From positions 248,001 through 312,000 of the forward strand of contig NC_043016.1 of assembly GCF_006345805.1 (NCBI RefSeq): a DNA stretch of 64,000 bases. Direction: 5' to 3'. A program made the position numbers and the translations under genes. Shown here in pieces: positions 1 through 11,979 of the stretch (positions are counted from its first letter, which is position 1; every line of letters starts with the position of its first letter). Origin of the DNA: Octopus sinensis. Its lineage: Eukaryota. The notes beneath the pieces were generated by a model that saw nothing but the letters and a program-made list of their open reading frames with translations, made no database searches and was not told the origin of the DNA.

Positions 1-180
1 GGGCCACAAAAGGAAGGGAGTTTTGTGTATTTAGAATATGATCTTGTTTATTATATATTGGCTCACTTATTTTATACAAGCTGGCCAAAATAAACTAGTA
101 AACAAGGTAACACCAAGAAAATTCAAACTAAATATCTGTTAATATTTATTTCAGATAAAAAAAATAACAAAAAGCAATCA

Positions 181-540
181 TCATCATTATCATCATCATC
201 ATCATCATCGTTTAACGTCTGTTTTCCATGCTAGCATGGGTTGGACGGTTTGACCGGGGTCTGGGAAGCCAGGAGGCTGCACCAGGCCCAGTCTGATCTG
301 GCAGTGTTTCTACAGCTGGATGCCCTTCCTAACGCCAACCACTTCGTGAGTGTAGTGGGTGCTTTTTATGTGCCACTGGCACAGGTACCAGGCGAGGCTG
401 GCAACGGCCACGATCGGTTGTTGCTTTTTACGTGCCACCAGCACAGAGGCCAGTCGAGGCGGCGCTGGCAACGGCCACATTTGGATGGGTCTTTTACATG
501 CCACCAGCACTGGTATCACAACTACAATTTCCATTGATTT
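181..540 (-). mobile_element. Family C: RTE-LINE 3' end or derived SINE, with GGATGCCCTTCCT core and (GAT)n tail
   Basis: (CAT)n-cgtttaacgtc..ttccatgctagcatgggttggacgg..ggatgcccttcctaacgccaacc. Further copies near 9463, 10120, 17100, 23400, 32000, 36120, 44080, 44500, 50548, 51960 and 60040. Confidence 0.8.
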
Positions 541-581
541 TTTTTATCGATTTTGATAAAAAATCAATATGAATAAGTAAA

Positions 582-935
582 GGGGTTGCTGTGTGGTAAG
601 AAATTGGCTTCCTAACCACAAGGTTCCATGTTCAATCCCACTGTGTGGTACCTTGGGCAAGTGTATTCTATAGCCCTGGGCTGACTAAAGCCTTGTGAGT
701 GAATCTGGTTGACAGAAACTGAAAGAAGCCTGTTGTTTGTGTTTGTTTACCACCACCATTTGACATCTGGTGTTGGTGTGTTTACATCCATGAAACTTAG
801 TAGTTAGGCAAAAGCTACCATTACAATAAAAAAAAAAAGGGAACATATTGGGGTTGATTTGTGTAACTAAACCTTTCAAAGCAGTGCCTCAGTATGGCTG
901 CTGTCCAATGACTGAAACTAGTAAAAGATAAAAGA
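582..935 (+). mobile_element. SINE family A (tRNA-type head, central microsatellite)
   Basis: A-box-like gctgtgtggtaag, B-box-like gttcaatccc, accttgggcaagtg, tail gactgaaac..gtaaaaga. Roughly 30 copies in the window. Confidence 0.85.
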
Positions 936-1229
936 TGGAATAACTAAATATATGTGTGTTGATGATGGATCCTCTGTTAATAACAAGCACTAGTATTCTG
1001 TTTTATAGTCATTTGACTTAATTATTCATTAAATCAATGAGTGATTAACTGAGTAATTCCACATGTGCATCCTCAGGTGTGTGCATACTGTAGTCACCTG
1101 ACTATTCCTCGCTGATTTATCCATAAGTTTCTGGTGCAGTCAGTATAAAATGATGCGTGTGACTGAATGCTTATCAATGACATCAATAGAAAGCCCCTTA
1201 CTCCTCTACCCCTACACATGGTGGAAATC

Positions 1230-1705
1230 AATTCTTGATTGAATAAGACCGTTTCCTTGACCCACTTCACTCAAAGAAACATGACATTTGGTCACCCCAT
1301 CGATGATGATGTCTCATATGGTCCCCGAGGCCTACTGGTCATTTTACACCAATGACAAATTAGCCTTCCAGCAACTGGCTATCTTAGTGTTGTTGAGACC
1401 TACAGTGCTGAGTGAGTCCACTGGATGACCCCTACCCCACACACACACACTCTGCTGCTCAAGGTGCATGAGAGATCATGCCAAATGTCATATGGGTTGA
1501 TGAAGATTCCTCCTTGGCTGTGCATATGGTTGAATAGGTTGCTTTTGAGAAGCAGTTATGTCCACACTGGTCACATGAAAGAGACTCTTCCATGCCCCTC
1601 TCAGGAAGAGGATTCATATCCTGCATATATCTACCTGCGATTTTCAACTCAGTGTGTGCAACCATATTCTTTTTGAATTCTTTTACATCAGTAGCAACCA
1701 AATTC
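1230..1705 (-). mobile_element. Degenerate 3' fragment of an RTE-type LINE with C-terminal Cys motif
   Basis: ORF remnant ..VAHTELK..GRYMQDMNPLPER..CDQCGHNCFSKA; homologous to 27900-28430. Confidence 0.6.
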
Positions 1706-1995
1706 CTAGTTGACCTTGGTGGAATTTGAACTCAGAACATAAAGACGGAAGAAATGTCATGAAGCATTTTGCCCAGCATGCTAATGATTTGGCCAACTTG
1801 ACACCTTAATGATAATAATAATGATTTCAAATTTTGGTGCAATGCCAGCAATTTTAGGGGAGTGGTGTATCAATTACATCAACCCCAGTGCTCAACTAGT
1901 ATTTAATTTATCAACCCCGAAAGGATGAAAAGCAAAGTTGACCCCCAGAGGAGTTTGAACTTGGAATGTAATAATAATAATAATAATAATAAACA

Positions 1996-2025
<30 letters not shown>

Positions 2026-2030
<5 letters not shown>

Positions 2031-2405
2031 TTAGTAAATATAAAGACTTGCTAATAGAAATTGAAAAAATGTGGCATCTCAAGGCGACTACAGTACCAGT
2101 GATTGTAGGATCTCTAGGAATGATAAAAAAAAGGTACTGAAACCTATTTGAAAATGATTCCAGGCTTACCATCCCTACAGGAAGTGCAAAAAATCGTATT
2201 AACTGGAACGGCTCATGTACTGAGAAGAGCATTATCGCTATGAAAACAGCATCCATCCAAGAATTTATTTATTAATTTTTAAATACATATTTATCTGTGA
2301 ATTTGCGGTGTAATCTGGGAATGCATACAATGAGCTTCTCTGCCTAGGTGTATGGAAAACACTCGGCGAGAAACGAAGAAAATTTGAAGAAGGAAGGAAA
2401 AAACA
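2026..2405 (+). mobile_element. 5'-truncated RLE-type non-LTR retrotransposon (R4/Dong-like) inside (TAA)n
   Basis: KISKYKDLLIEIEKMWHLKATTVPVIVGSLGMIKK, a frameshift in the A-run, then GTETYLKMIPGLPSLQEVQKIVLTGTAHVLRRALSL* (stop 2241-2243). TAA repeats on both sides. Confidence 0.85.
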
Positions 2406-2861
2406 TAATAATGCTAATATAATATAATAATAATAATAAGTCTTTCTACTATAGGCACAAGGACTGAAATTTTAGGGAAATCAAGAGCAAGTAGATTTCA
2501 TTGACTTCAGTTTACAACTGTTACTTATTTCATTGTCCTTGAAAGAATGAGAGGCAAGGTGGGCCTCAGTGGAATTTGAACTCTGAATGTAATCATTTTG
2601 TCTGGCACGGTGACAATTCTTCCAGTTTATTACCTTTTAATAATAATAGTAATAATCCTTTTTACTATAGGCACAAGACCTAAAATTTAACAAATTATAA
2701 TACAAAAATAACAGCAAGAACATATTTTTCTGAAGAAAATACAAATAAAATGCAAATCATAATTTCTTTTTAAATAAGTTTCTCTCTCTTTTTTTTTTCA
2801 TTTACATTTTTTCAGGTTTAAACTTAATTCACTGACATCAGTTGCTTTTCTGATTTGTTAA

Positions 2862-3224
<363 letters not shown>

Positions 3225-3849
3225 TAAATGTTTTTTTTTTTTTTTTGTGTGTGTGTGTGTTTGTCTCTTAGAAAATGATAATAATAAACTTTCCTAGTTT
3301 AGGCTCAGGGCCTGAAATTTTGGAGGAAATTTAGTCACATCGATCTCATTTTCAACTGGTATTTACCTGAAAAGATAAGTAAAGTCTACCTCAGTGAAAT
3401 TTGAACTCAGAACATAAAGATGGGTGAAATGCCTAGAAGCATTTTGCCCATAGCATTTCAATTTTTGCATTCTCAGTTCAAATTCCACCAAGAGTGATTT
3501 TGCCCTTCATCCTTTCAGGTTTGATGAATTAAGTACCAGTTGACTGGGGTTGATGTAATCAACTAGCACTCCTGTTCCCAACATTTTGGTCCTTGAGCCT
3601 ATAGCAGAAAAGAATAATAATAATTTAGAAAAATGTAAATTTAACAGTAGTTTAATATTTTTTGTTCCCTCATATTTTATTATTGAAAAGACGAAGTTGT
3701 TTTGTAGTGAATTTTGTAAAATTTTATTTTTATTTTAAACTGATGCAAAAATTTACCTTTTGAGTTTTCTAGTTTTACATGCTTTTATTTCTTTGTACCC
3801 TTTCCATAACCCTCCTGTGTGGTTAATTTCTTCTGGTTGCTGGGTTGAT

Positions 3850-4225
3850 TCCATATCCCCACTCTTGCGTGTGCTCTTTTCCTTGTTGGCTCATTTAGTG
3901 CATGAAGAGTTTGACATAACTTCTCTCATCTGTACTTGATGCTGGGATGTTGGTTTATATGGTAGATGTGAAGTTCCTGTTCGAAGATATCCATATCATG
4001 TAGGTTTCTTAAGTCTTTTGGCTGAGCGCTGAAGAGCTGTGAGTATTTTAACACAAAATTACTGCAGTACCTGGCCCTCACACATCCATATTGTATAAGT
4101 TCCTTAATTCTTGTGGCAGAGCATTGACGTCCTGTGGGCCTTTGAAGTCCTAAGCTATTGCACTATATTGTACTACAGTTTACATGGAGTTGGCAGTATC
4201 TTTGGGACAGGTAATGATATCTGGT
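3850..4225 (-). mobile_element. Degenerate CR1-group (L2/Crack/Daphne-like) LINE C-terminal fragment
   Basis: Minus-strand remnants read ..CNSLG..KGPQ..NALPQELRNLYNMDV and QLFSAQPKDLRNLHDMDIF, with stops and frameshifts. Confidence 0.45.
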
Positions 4226-4411
4226 TTGGACATTTATTTCAAATGATTTCACTTTTAAAGAGATGACTAATTATAAATACAAGTTCAGATTGTCATTCAT
4301 AAGTCAATCGCACAAAACACATTTAAAGTGAATTACCAACTGATATGCTGGAGTCATTTTTAAAATATGGACGCAGGAGTGGCTGTGTGGTAAGTAGCCC
4401 ATATATATATA

Positions 4412-4442
<31 letters not shown>

Positions 4443-5280
4443 TTGTCTCCCCAACATCTCTTGACAACCGATGCTGGTGTGTTTACGTCCCCGTAACTTA
4501 GCAGTTCGGCAAAAGAGACAGATAGAATAAGTACTAGGCTTACAAAGAATAAGTCCTGGGGGTCGATTTGTTCGATTAAAATCGGTGCTCCAGCATGGCC
4601 ACAGTCAAATGACTGAAATAAGTAAAAGAGTAAAAAGAGTATTTAGGTTCAAGACTACTTTAGGTCCAACCAGAGCTTTAATTTAGGTCTTTGTTATTCT
4701 GACCAAGAAGTAAATTTTTGCATCAGTTTGGAATGACCGGTTGCTATGGTAAGCAACTAATAATATGAAATTTGCAACAGATTTTTATTTTTATTTTCCA
4801 TGTTTCAAAAGTCTTCATTAAAAAACTTATTTTCAAATGTTATTTATATACATACACATATATATGTGAATGTGTGTATATGTATACATTTAAACACGCA
4901 CACACACGCGTGCATATATATCTATCTAATTATATATATGTATTTAAACACACACATACGTTTACATATATCTAATATATATGTACCTAAACATAAATAA
5001 ATAACAACGAATGCAAATTGGTTCTTTCTTTAAATGGTATTTATACCATATAAATACACTTTTTTTGTTGATTAACAGAATTATTACATCATGCAAAAAA
5101 AAACCCTCAAAAATTGTTTTCTTGAAGTGAATATACATGAATTCAACATCTTAAAAAAATACATTTAATATATATATATATATATATTAAAACTCAGACA
5201 CATCTGACATGTATATATGTAAACCTTCATACATACATAAAATGTACATTTTTTTAAACACATACACGTATATATCTGTG

Positions 5281-5331
<51 letters not shown>

Positions 5332-6408
5332 ATAAATATATATGTATATTTATATACTTATAAAAGCACATATGTATGGATATAGGCAAGGCAGATACAA
5401 TAAACTTATATATAGTATGCATAGATATACTATGTGTGTGATTATATATTCACATATATATGTTAATATATATATATGTGTGTGTGTGTTTCACCATGTA
5501 TTTATATGTATGTGTGTATAAATATATATATATATATTTGTGTGATCGCACATATGCATATCTATGTGTGTGTGTCTGCCTGTACCTCTATATGTGTGTG
5601 TATAGATATATGTTTGGTGGATTGTGTGTGGTTGTGTGTGTGAGCATGTGTATGTGAATGAAGCGAAAGGAAGGAGCAGTTGTGCACTACATACTGCATG
5701 TTTCAAAAAGTCTATGGGATATGTATTACGTAACATTAAACCCGTTACATAATTTTAGCATACATCTTGTCATCAGGTATAATTACTTTCTCTTATGAAA
5801 TCATTTGTCATTGTGAGTCACCCCAAAAAAATCAATATATATATATATATATAACATATATAAATAATGTGTGTGTGTGTATATATATGTGTATGTATAT
5901 ATGGAGGTGTCCACACATGCACACTAAGTTTTATTTAATTGCACCACCCTGGTGAGTAAAACTGTGATGCAGTTAACCAAATTTGCATTTTACATGTCAT
6001 TTTTTAAACTATGTAGCCTACGTTTCACATGTATTGGTTTTATTGTCATTAAATAATACAAGAAGAAATAAAATTATTTTGCTAGTTGTTACATTATGTT
6101 TTGTTTTCTTAAAATTTGCATAAGTGTCACTCATGGAATTTCATATATCTATATATATATATATACACATATATAATGTGTGTATGTATGTCTAACTAGT
6201 AGACAAACAAACATCACAAATTGAACTACTACTTCATAGATTGAAGAACAGCCTTATTCAATTTTCGAGTCTTATTGGAATCTCATCAGAGGTGTTTACA
6301 TCATTTCACCAGTCCCAGAGAAATAAGCAACAAATTTGTCCATATACTCAACAAATCCAGTAGCTTCAAAGGACTAGAATTACTGATTTGTATATCAGAA
6401 GTGTTTAA

Positions 6409-6628
6409 CCCTTTAGCATTTAAAACAGCCAAATCTAACCAAAATATTCTACCTGTTTTAAGTTCAAACTGGCCATATCCAGCATCTCTTATCTACCCTA
6501 CCATGTCATCCTAAAAATAAGCAGTCACATCAGTGAAATCTCAAGGCCACACGATAATGCTTGATTAGTTTAAAATAGTTTGAATAAATAACTATTAAAT
6601 TCGACAGAACAATATGAATGCTGAAGGG
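6409..6628. mobile_element. piggyBac-type MITE (~220 bp)
   Basis: ttaa|ccctttagcatt ... aatgctgaaggg|ttag: CCC..GGG TIRs and a TTAA-like TSD. Other copies at 20648-20868, 21125-21329 and 40401-40621. Confidence 0.8.
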
Positions 6629-6699
6629 TTAGCACATTTAATATTGTTGGCCTGTCAACATGGAATATATGTCTATGCATTATAATGGTATGATATAAT

Positions 6700-6969
6700 A
6701 TATATAAATAACAAACAAAGACAACAAAAGAATGAAAGAGACCTCAGTATTATGTAAATAGAAGAATTTATCTGTAAATGTAATATGTGACAATTATTCG
6801 GTAGCCATGATAAACTCCGAGTTGCGGATGCCGAGGTGGAAATCCACACCACCATCTCTTCATGGCCGGATAACTGAAGAGATGGTGGCGTCGATTTCCA
6901 CCTCGGCATCCAAAACTCAGAGTTTTATCATGGCTACCGAATAATTGTCACATATTACATTTACAGATA
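6700..6969. mobile_element. Penelope-like pLTR remnant forming a ~200-bp palindrome
   Basis: Arms 6769-6862 and 6875-6969 are reverse complements. It contains a hammerhead-like motif and is followed by (TA)n. A shorter palindromic copy lies at 36310-36432. Confidence 0.6.
6869..6929 (+). ncRNA. Degenerate minimal type-I hammerhead-like motif
   Basis: GATAA-CTGAAGA-GATG[GTGG..CCAC..]CATC-C-AAAA-CTCAGAG-TT-TTATC. G12 is mutated here but present in the inverted arm. Confidence 0.5.
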
Positions 6970-8305
6970 TATATATATACATACATACACACACAAGCAA
7001 AGTGGTGAGTTTTTATAAAACCTCATGGAAACGCATATGAGGGAAAAATAGAATAAAATATGACATTTCCAAAGAATGACATGGATGTGGAAGTTTTGTA
7101 AATTTCCATTTTTATATATTCCTGTATTTCAGGATGAAAAACTCCTTCAGGTAGCACAAAAATAGTTTTTTGAGTCAGTTCGTAATCAGCTCAGTCTGTC
7201 TTCTGACAGGAAATAATAGTTTGGAAGTTAATTTGACAGCTAAGTTTGGCATGTTTCTCTGTCAAGTTGAACAATCCTTTCATGGTTACAAACGGGGCCT
7301 GGTTGAGATGTAGTAGATAAAAGTGCCTGAAAATTTATTTAAAGCATTGTGATGTGTGAGCAAAATGGTGAATTTTAAAAACAGCCTTATGGAAATGTGA
7401 GGAGTAAAAATGAATAAAATGTAGCATTTCTGAGAAATAACAGGCAAAGATGAAGAAATGTCTAAATTTCCATTTTTGTATTCCAATATGTTTGGATAAA
7501 AAAAATCCTTTCTTCAAGTAGTGTTAGAGGAGTTCTCCAAATCTGCTCAATCTGTCTTGCGATAAAAAATTGTTTTCTGTATTGTTTTATAGCTTAGTAG
7601 TTCTATGTTAAGGCAGAAGCACACCATGTGTTGGTCAAGTGGCCAGTAAAATACTGCCTAATAGGATATCAAGGTTTAAAACTCACTATTTTGCTCACAC
7701 ACTGCAATGCTTCAAAGGAATTTCCATATCCTTTTATGTATATGACAAAGGAAAATAGGGATTAAATTTCTTTAAGCACTCTGTAGAAATCAAACATCAA
7801 ATAAATTTGGTATATTAATCATGGAGTATATTTGAAAAACCATAAAGTATGAAGATGTTTTATCAACTATTTATTTAGCTTACATGTGTTTCAAATAATC
7901 TGGCACAACCCAAGCACTGCATGTTGTAATATGCATATTTAATTGGTCCTTCATTTGATTGACTAAATTGCCATAGAAGTTGATCAAATGTAGGATTGAT
8001 TCAATATGTATTGTGCAGTGCTTACATTGTGCAAAACTATTCAATACATATAAGCTAAATAAATTGTTGTTAATGCATCTTCATTCTTCTTTTTTTTTTT
8101 TTTTTTCGTTTTTCTAATGTACCCTGTGATTAATACACTGAATTTAATTAGTGTTTAACCTCTGATTTACAAATTGTACCTGTTGCTGGAAATGAATAAC
8201 ATTGTGTCTGGGTGGAATACTATGGTAATAACCGGACAGTTAGCTACTTTCAATTTCTACAGTGTTTAAAGACGTATTCTCCTGGTTTTATTTAATCCCT
8301 ATTTT

Positions 8306-8345
<40 letters not shown>

Positions 8346-8800
8346 ACACACACTCTCTCCCTCCCCCCTGTCTCTCTCACACACACACTCTTCACAAATA
8401 GCTCATACTTTAATTGTGATCAGCAACTGTTTCATTAAGGTAAATATCAATAAAAGTGTATGATTACATAATAGTGGTACCTAATTAATAATTTCAAATT
8501 AAATCGATTTATGCTACGTCACAATTCTATAATTATACATATTTAATTATACATATGTTTAACTTAATGAAACAGCTGTTGAGCCCATTTAAAGCATGAG
8601 TTATTTGAGAAAATTGTTCTTTTATTCTAAATATGTTACTTTGAAATATTGTTTTGGCCAATCACATAAATACATGCAAGGCAGTCCCATCCAGATTTAC
8701 TGTAGTCAATTAACGACCTGATATTAATTGAGATCATAATTGTGTAGATTTCTTTGATGTTTATACCTCAGTTCTCCTCATCCCTCTCTATTTCATTCTC

Positions 8801-8837
<37 letters not shown>

Positions 8838-10023
8838 GTGTGTGTGTCTGTCTGTCTGTCTATATATATCCAGTATCAATATAAATTTCCCTTGAATACC
8901 TCTGTGTGTTTGAGTACGTACATATGGCATTCTTTATTTTTCCTTTTATGTTATATAATTTTATGTAATTTAAATTCATACAGCAGATATAAAAAATTTT
9001 TTTTTTAATAGATACCGTCTTTTATAGTTCTACTAAATTCATCCTGTCTTCTATTTACCGATTTGTACTTAATGGCATTGTAGATTAAATTACAATTCTT
9101 GAAAAGCTACGTACAACTACTAGCTATTGTTGATGTAGAACGATCATCTGATAAGCATGCCTTCTCTCGACTGTAACATGGACACTGGTCAATAAAACAG
9201 GAGCCAGTGGTCTTGAATTTACTGCTATAAATCCTCCCATGTTATTCCAATGTAAACTAAATTTAGCAGAAGCATTCTGGCTTTGGAAAGAATAGCTTGG
9301 CACTTAATTCTGCTTTTTCTATAGCATTTAAGTTGATGAAATGAAGGATCAATTAAGCATGGACATTGTAGTGTGCACTACTTGCGTTGTGTGAAGCTAT
9401 CTGAAATGCATGTTAGCTAAATAATTCATTGATAACGCATCTTCATTCTTTACATGTATGTATCATCATCATCGTTTAACGTCCGCTTTCCATGCTAGTA
9501 TGGGTTGGACGGTTCAACTGGGGTCTGGGAAGCCAGGAGGTTGCACCAGGCCCAATCTGATTTGGCAATGTTTCTACTGCTGGATGCCCTTCCTAACGCC
9601 AGCCACTCCGGGAATGTAGTGGGTGCTTTTTACGTGCCAAAGGCACAGGTGCCAGACGAGGCAGGCAAACGGCCACGATCGGATGGTGCTTTTTACGTGT
9701 CACCGGCACGGAGGCCAGTCGGGGCGGTGCTGGCAACGGCCATGTTCGGATGGTTCTCTTACATGCCACCGGCACTGGTATCACAGCTACAATTTCCATT
9801 GATGCTGATCGATTTCGATTTTGATTTTGATTTTATATAGGTTATAATTTAAAACAAACAGTAAAAGGTTGCCATTATTGTACTTGGAGTATCGGATCTT
9901 GGAGCAAAGAGCTATGATACATTCTTGTCAGCTATTAATGGCAACCTTTTACTAGTTGTTCTAAATTATAGCATATATATATAATCCTCTACTTTTAATT
10001 TCGAGGTCTCATTCTGTTGTTAC

Positions 10024-10060
<37 letters not shown>

Positions 10061-10119
10061 TATTAATATTATTATTATTATTATTATTATTAAATCAAAT
10101 CAAATCAAAACAAATCAAA

Positions 10120-10590
10120 ATAGATGAACATCAATGGAATTTGTATCTTTGTGGTACCAGTGCCGGTGGCACGTGGCAGACAAGAAAACCATCCGAACGT
10201 GGCCGTAGCCAGTACCGCATCGACTGGCCTCCGTGCTGTGGGCACGTAACAAACACCATCCGATCGTGGCCGTTTGCCAGCCTCATCTGGCACCTGTGTC
10301 GGTGGCACATAAAAACAACATCCGAGCGTGGCCGTCTGCCAGCCTCGTCTGGCACCTGTGTCGGTGGCACATAAAAAAACACCATCCGAGCATGGCCGTT
10401 TGCCAGCCTCGTCTGGCACCTTTGTCGGTGGCACATAAAATCACCCACTACACTCTCGGAGTGGTTGGCGTTAGGAAGGGCATCCAGCTGTAGAAACACT
10501 GCCAGATCTGACTGGACTGGTGCAGCTTTCGGGCTCCCCAGACCCCAGTTGAACCGTCCAACCCATGCTAGCATGGAAAGCGGACGTTAA

Positions 10591-10622
<32 letters not shown>

Positions 10623-10640
10623 CATCATCATCATCATCAT
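10120..10640 (+). mobile_element. Family C copy with expanded internal ~62-bp tandem unit
   Basis: Three tandem ggcac(g/a)taa..catccga.c(g/a)tggccgt.tgccagcctc.tctggcacct.tgtcggt units at ~10241-10430, then aggaagggcatcc and a (GAT)n tail. Confidence 0.8.
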
Positions 10641-10817
10641 TATATGATAATAATAAAAAAAAAATAATAATATGTATGTATATGCAAACTTCTTCCACAA
10701 AAATTACATTCTGTTGAGTAAAAGTTATTAGTTAGTTGATAACTTTAAAAAAAAATCTTTCTTTAATTATTTTGACTGTATCAAGTAACTGTTACAAAGT
10801 TTATGTATGTATATATA

Positions 10818-11172
10818 CCACATGGTTCCGGGTTCAGTCCCTCTGCGTGGCACCTTGGGCAAGTGTCTTCTACTATAGCCTCGGGCCGACCAAAGCCTTG
10901 TGAGTGGATTTGGTAGACGGAAACTGAAAGAAGCCTGTCATATATATGTATATGTATATATGTGTATGTGTGTGTGTGTTTGTAGCCCCAACATCGTTTG
11001 ACAACCGATGCTGGTGTGTTTACGTCCCCGTAACTTAGTGGTTCAGCAAAAGAGACTGATAGAATAAGTACTAGGCTTACAAAGAATAAGTTGTGGGGTC
11101 GATTTGCTCGACTAAAGGTGGTGCTCCAGCATGGCCGTAGTCAAATGACTGAAACAAGTAAAAGAGTAAAGA

Positions 11173-11173
<1 letters not shown>
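10818..11173 (+). mobile_element. SINE family A, young copy, 5' slightly truncated
   Basis: Close match by eye to the copies at 18728-19165, 24369-24770, 47580-47985 and 56143-56548 (minus strand). Confidence 0.85.
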
Positions 11174-11213
<40 letters not shown>

Positions 11214-11979
11214 TGCAAATGTGATTGTGTGGTAAGAAGCTTGCTTCCCAACCTTATACTTCCCAGTTCAGTCCTACTGTGTGCCACCTTGGGCAAGTGT
11301 GTTCTACTATAGCTCTGGGCCAGCCAAAGCCTTGTGAATGGATTAGGTAGATGGAAAGTGAAAGAAGCCCATCGTGTGTGTCTTTTTGCTTATGTTTGTT
11401 CCATATCACTGATTAACAACTGCCACACAGTTCTTTAAGTCCCTGTAACTTAGCATTTCAGCAAAAAGGGACGGATAGAATAAGTACTGGGGTTGATTTG
11501 TTTGAATTTGAATGTAACCCTTGAAGGTGGTGCCCAACATAGTCACAGTCAAATAACTGAAATATGTAAAAGATAAAAAAGAAAAGAATAAAAGAATATC
11601 TGTCAAATTGTTTGTGTTTTATTTCTGTTATGCTCTTCTTCCATGATAATATATGTACACACACACAGTGTATAGAAGGGTTATAATGCAAATTGTGTTA
11701 CCATGAAGCACATCATATATGTTCCAGTAATCGAATGTATGTATGATGTTTTATTTTAATTGAGGCATTCGTACTAGTTGAAAATTCTGGTGAGTTGTAT
11801 TTGCAAAGTAAGTATATATCAAAACAAAGACTGAAAAATTTGGTATTTTTTCAAATCCATGTTACATATGTTTCATGACTGGATAGCAGTTACAAGGTAT
11901 ATATACATGTAGAAAACATGTATTTCCTATTTGTAATTCTTCAAAGATTCAAAAGTAGTACATACATATGATTATATAT

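Noticed and set aside
241-556. Recurrent ORFs containing LQLDALPNANH
   Set aside because: They are chance frames through the non-coding family C repeat, and the frame is not preserved among copies.
10165-10440. CRISPR-like regular repeats
   Set aside because: The units are tandem without unique spacers, the context is eukaryotic and there are no cas genes.
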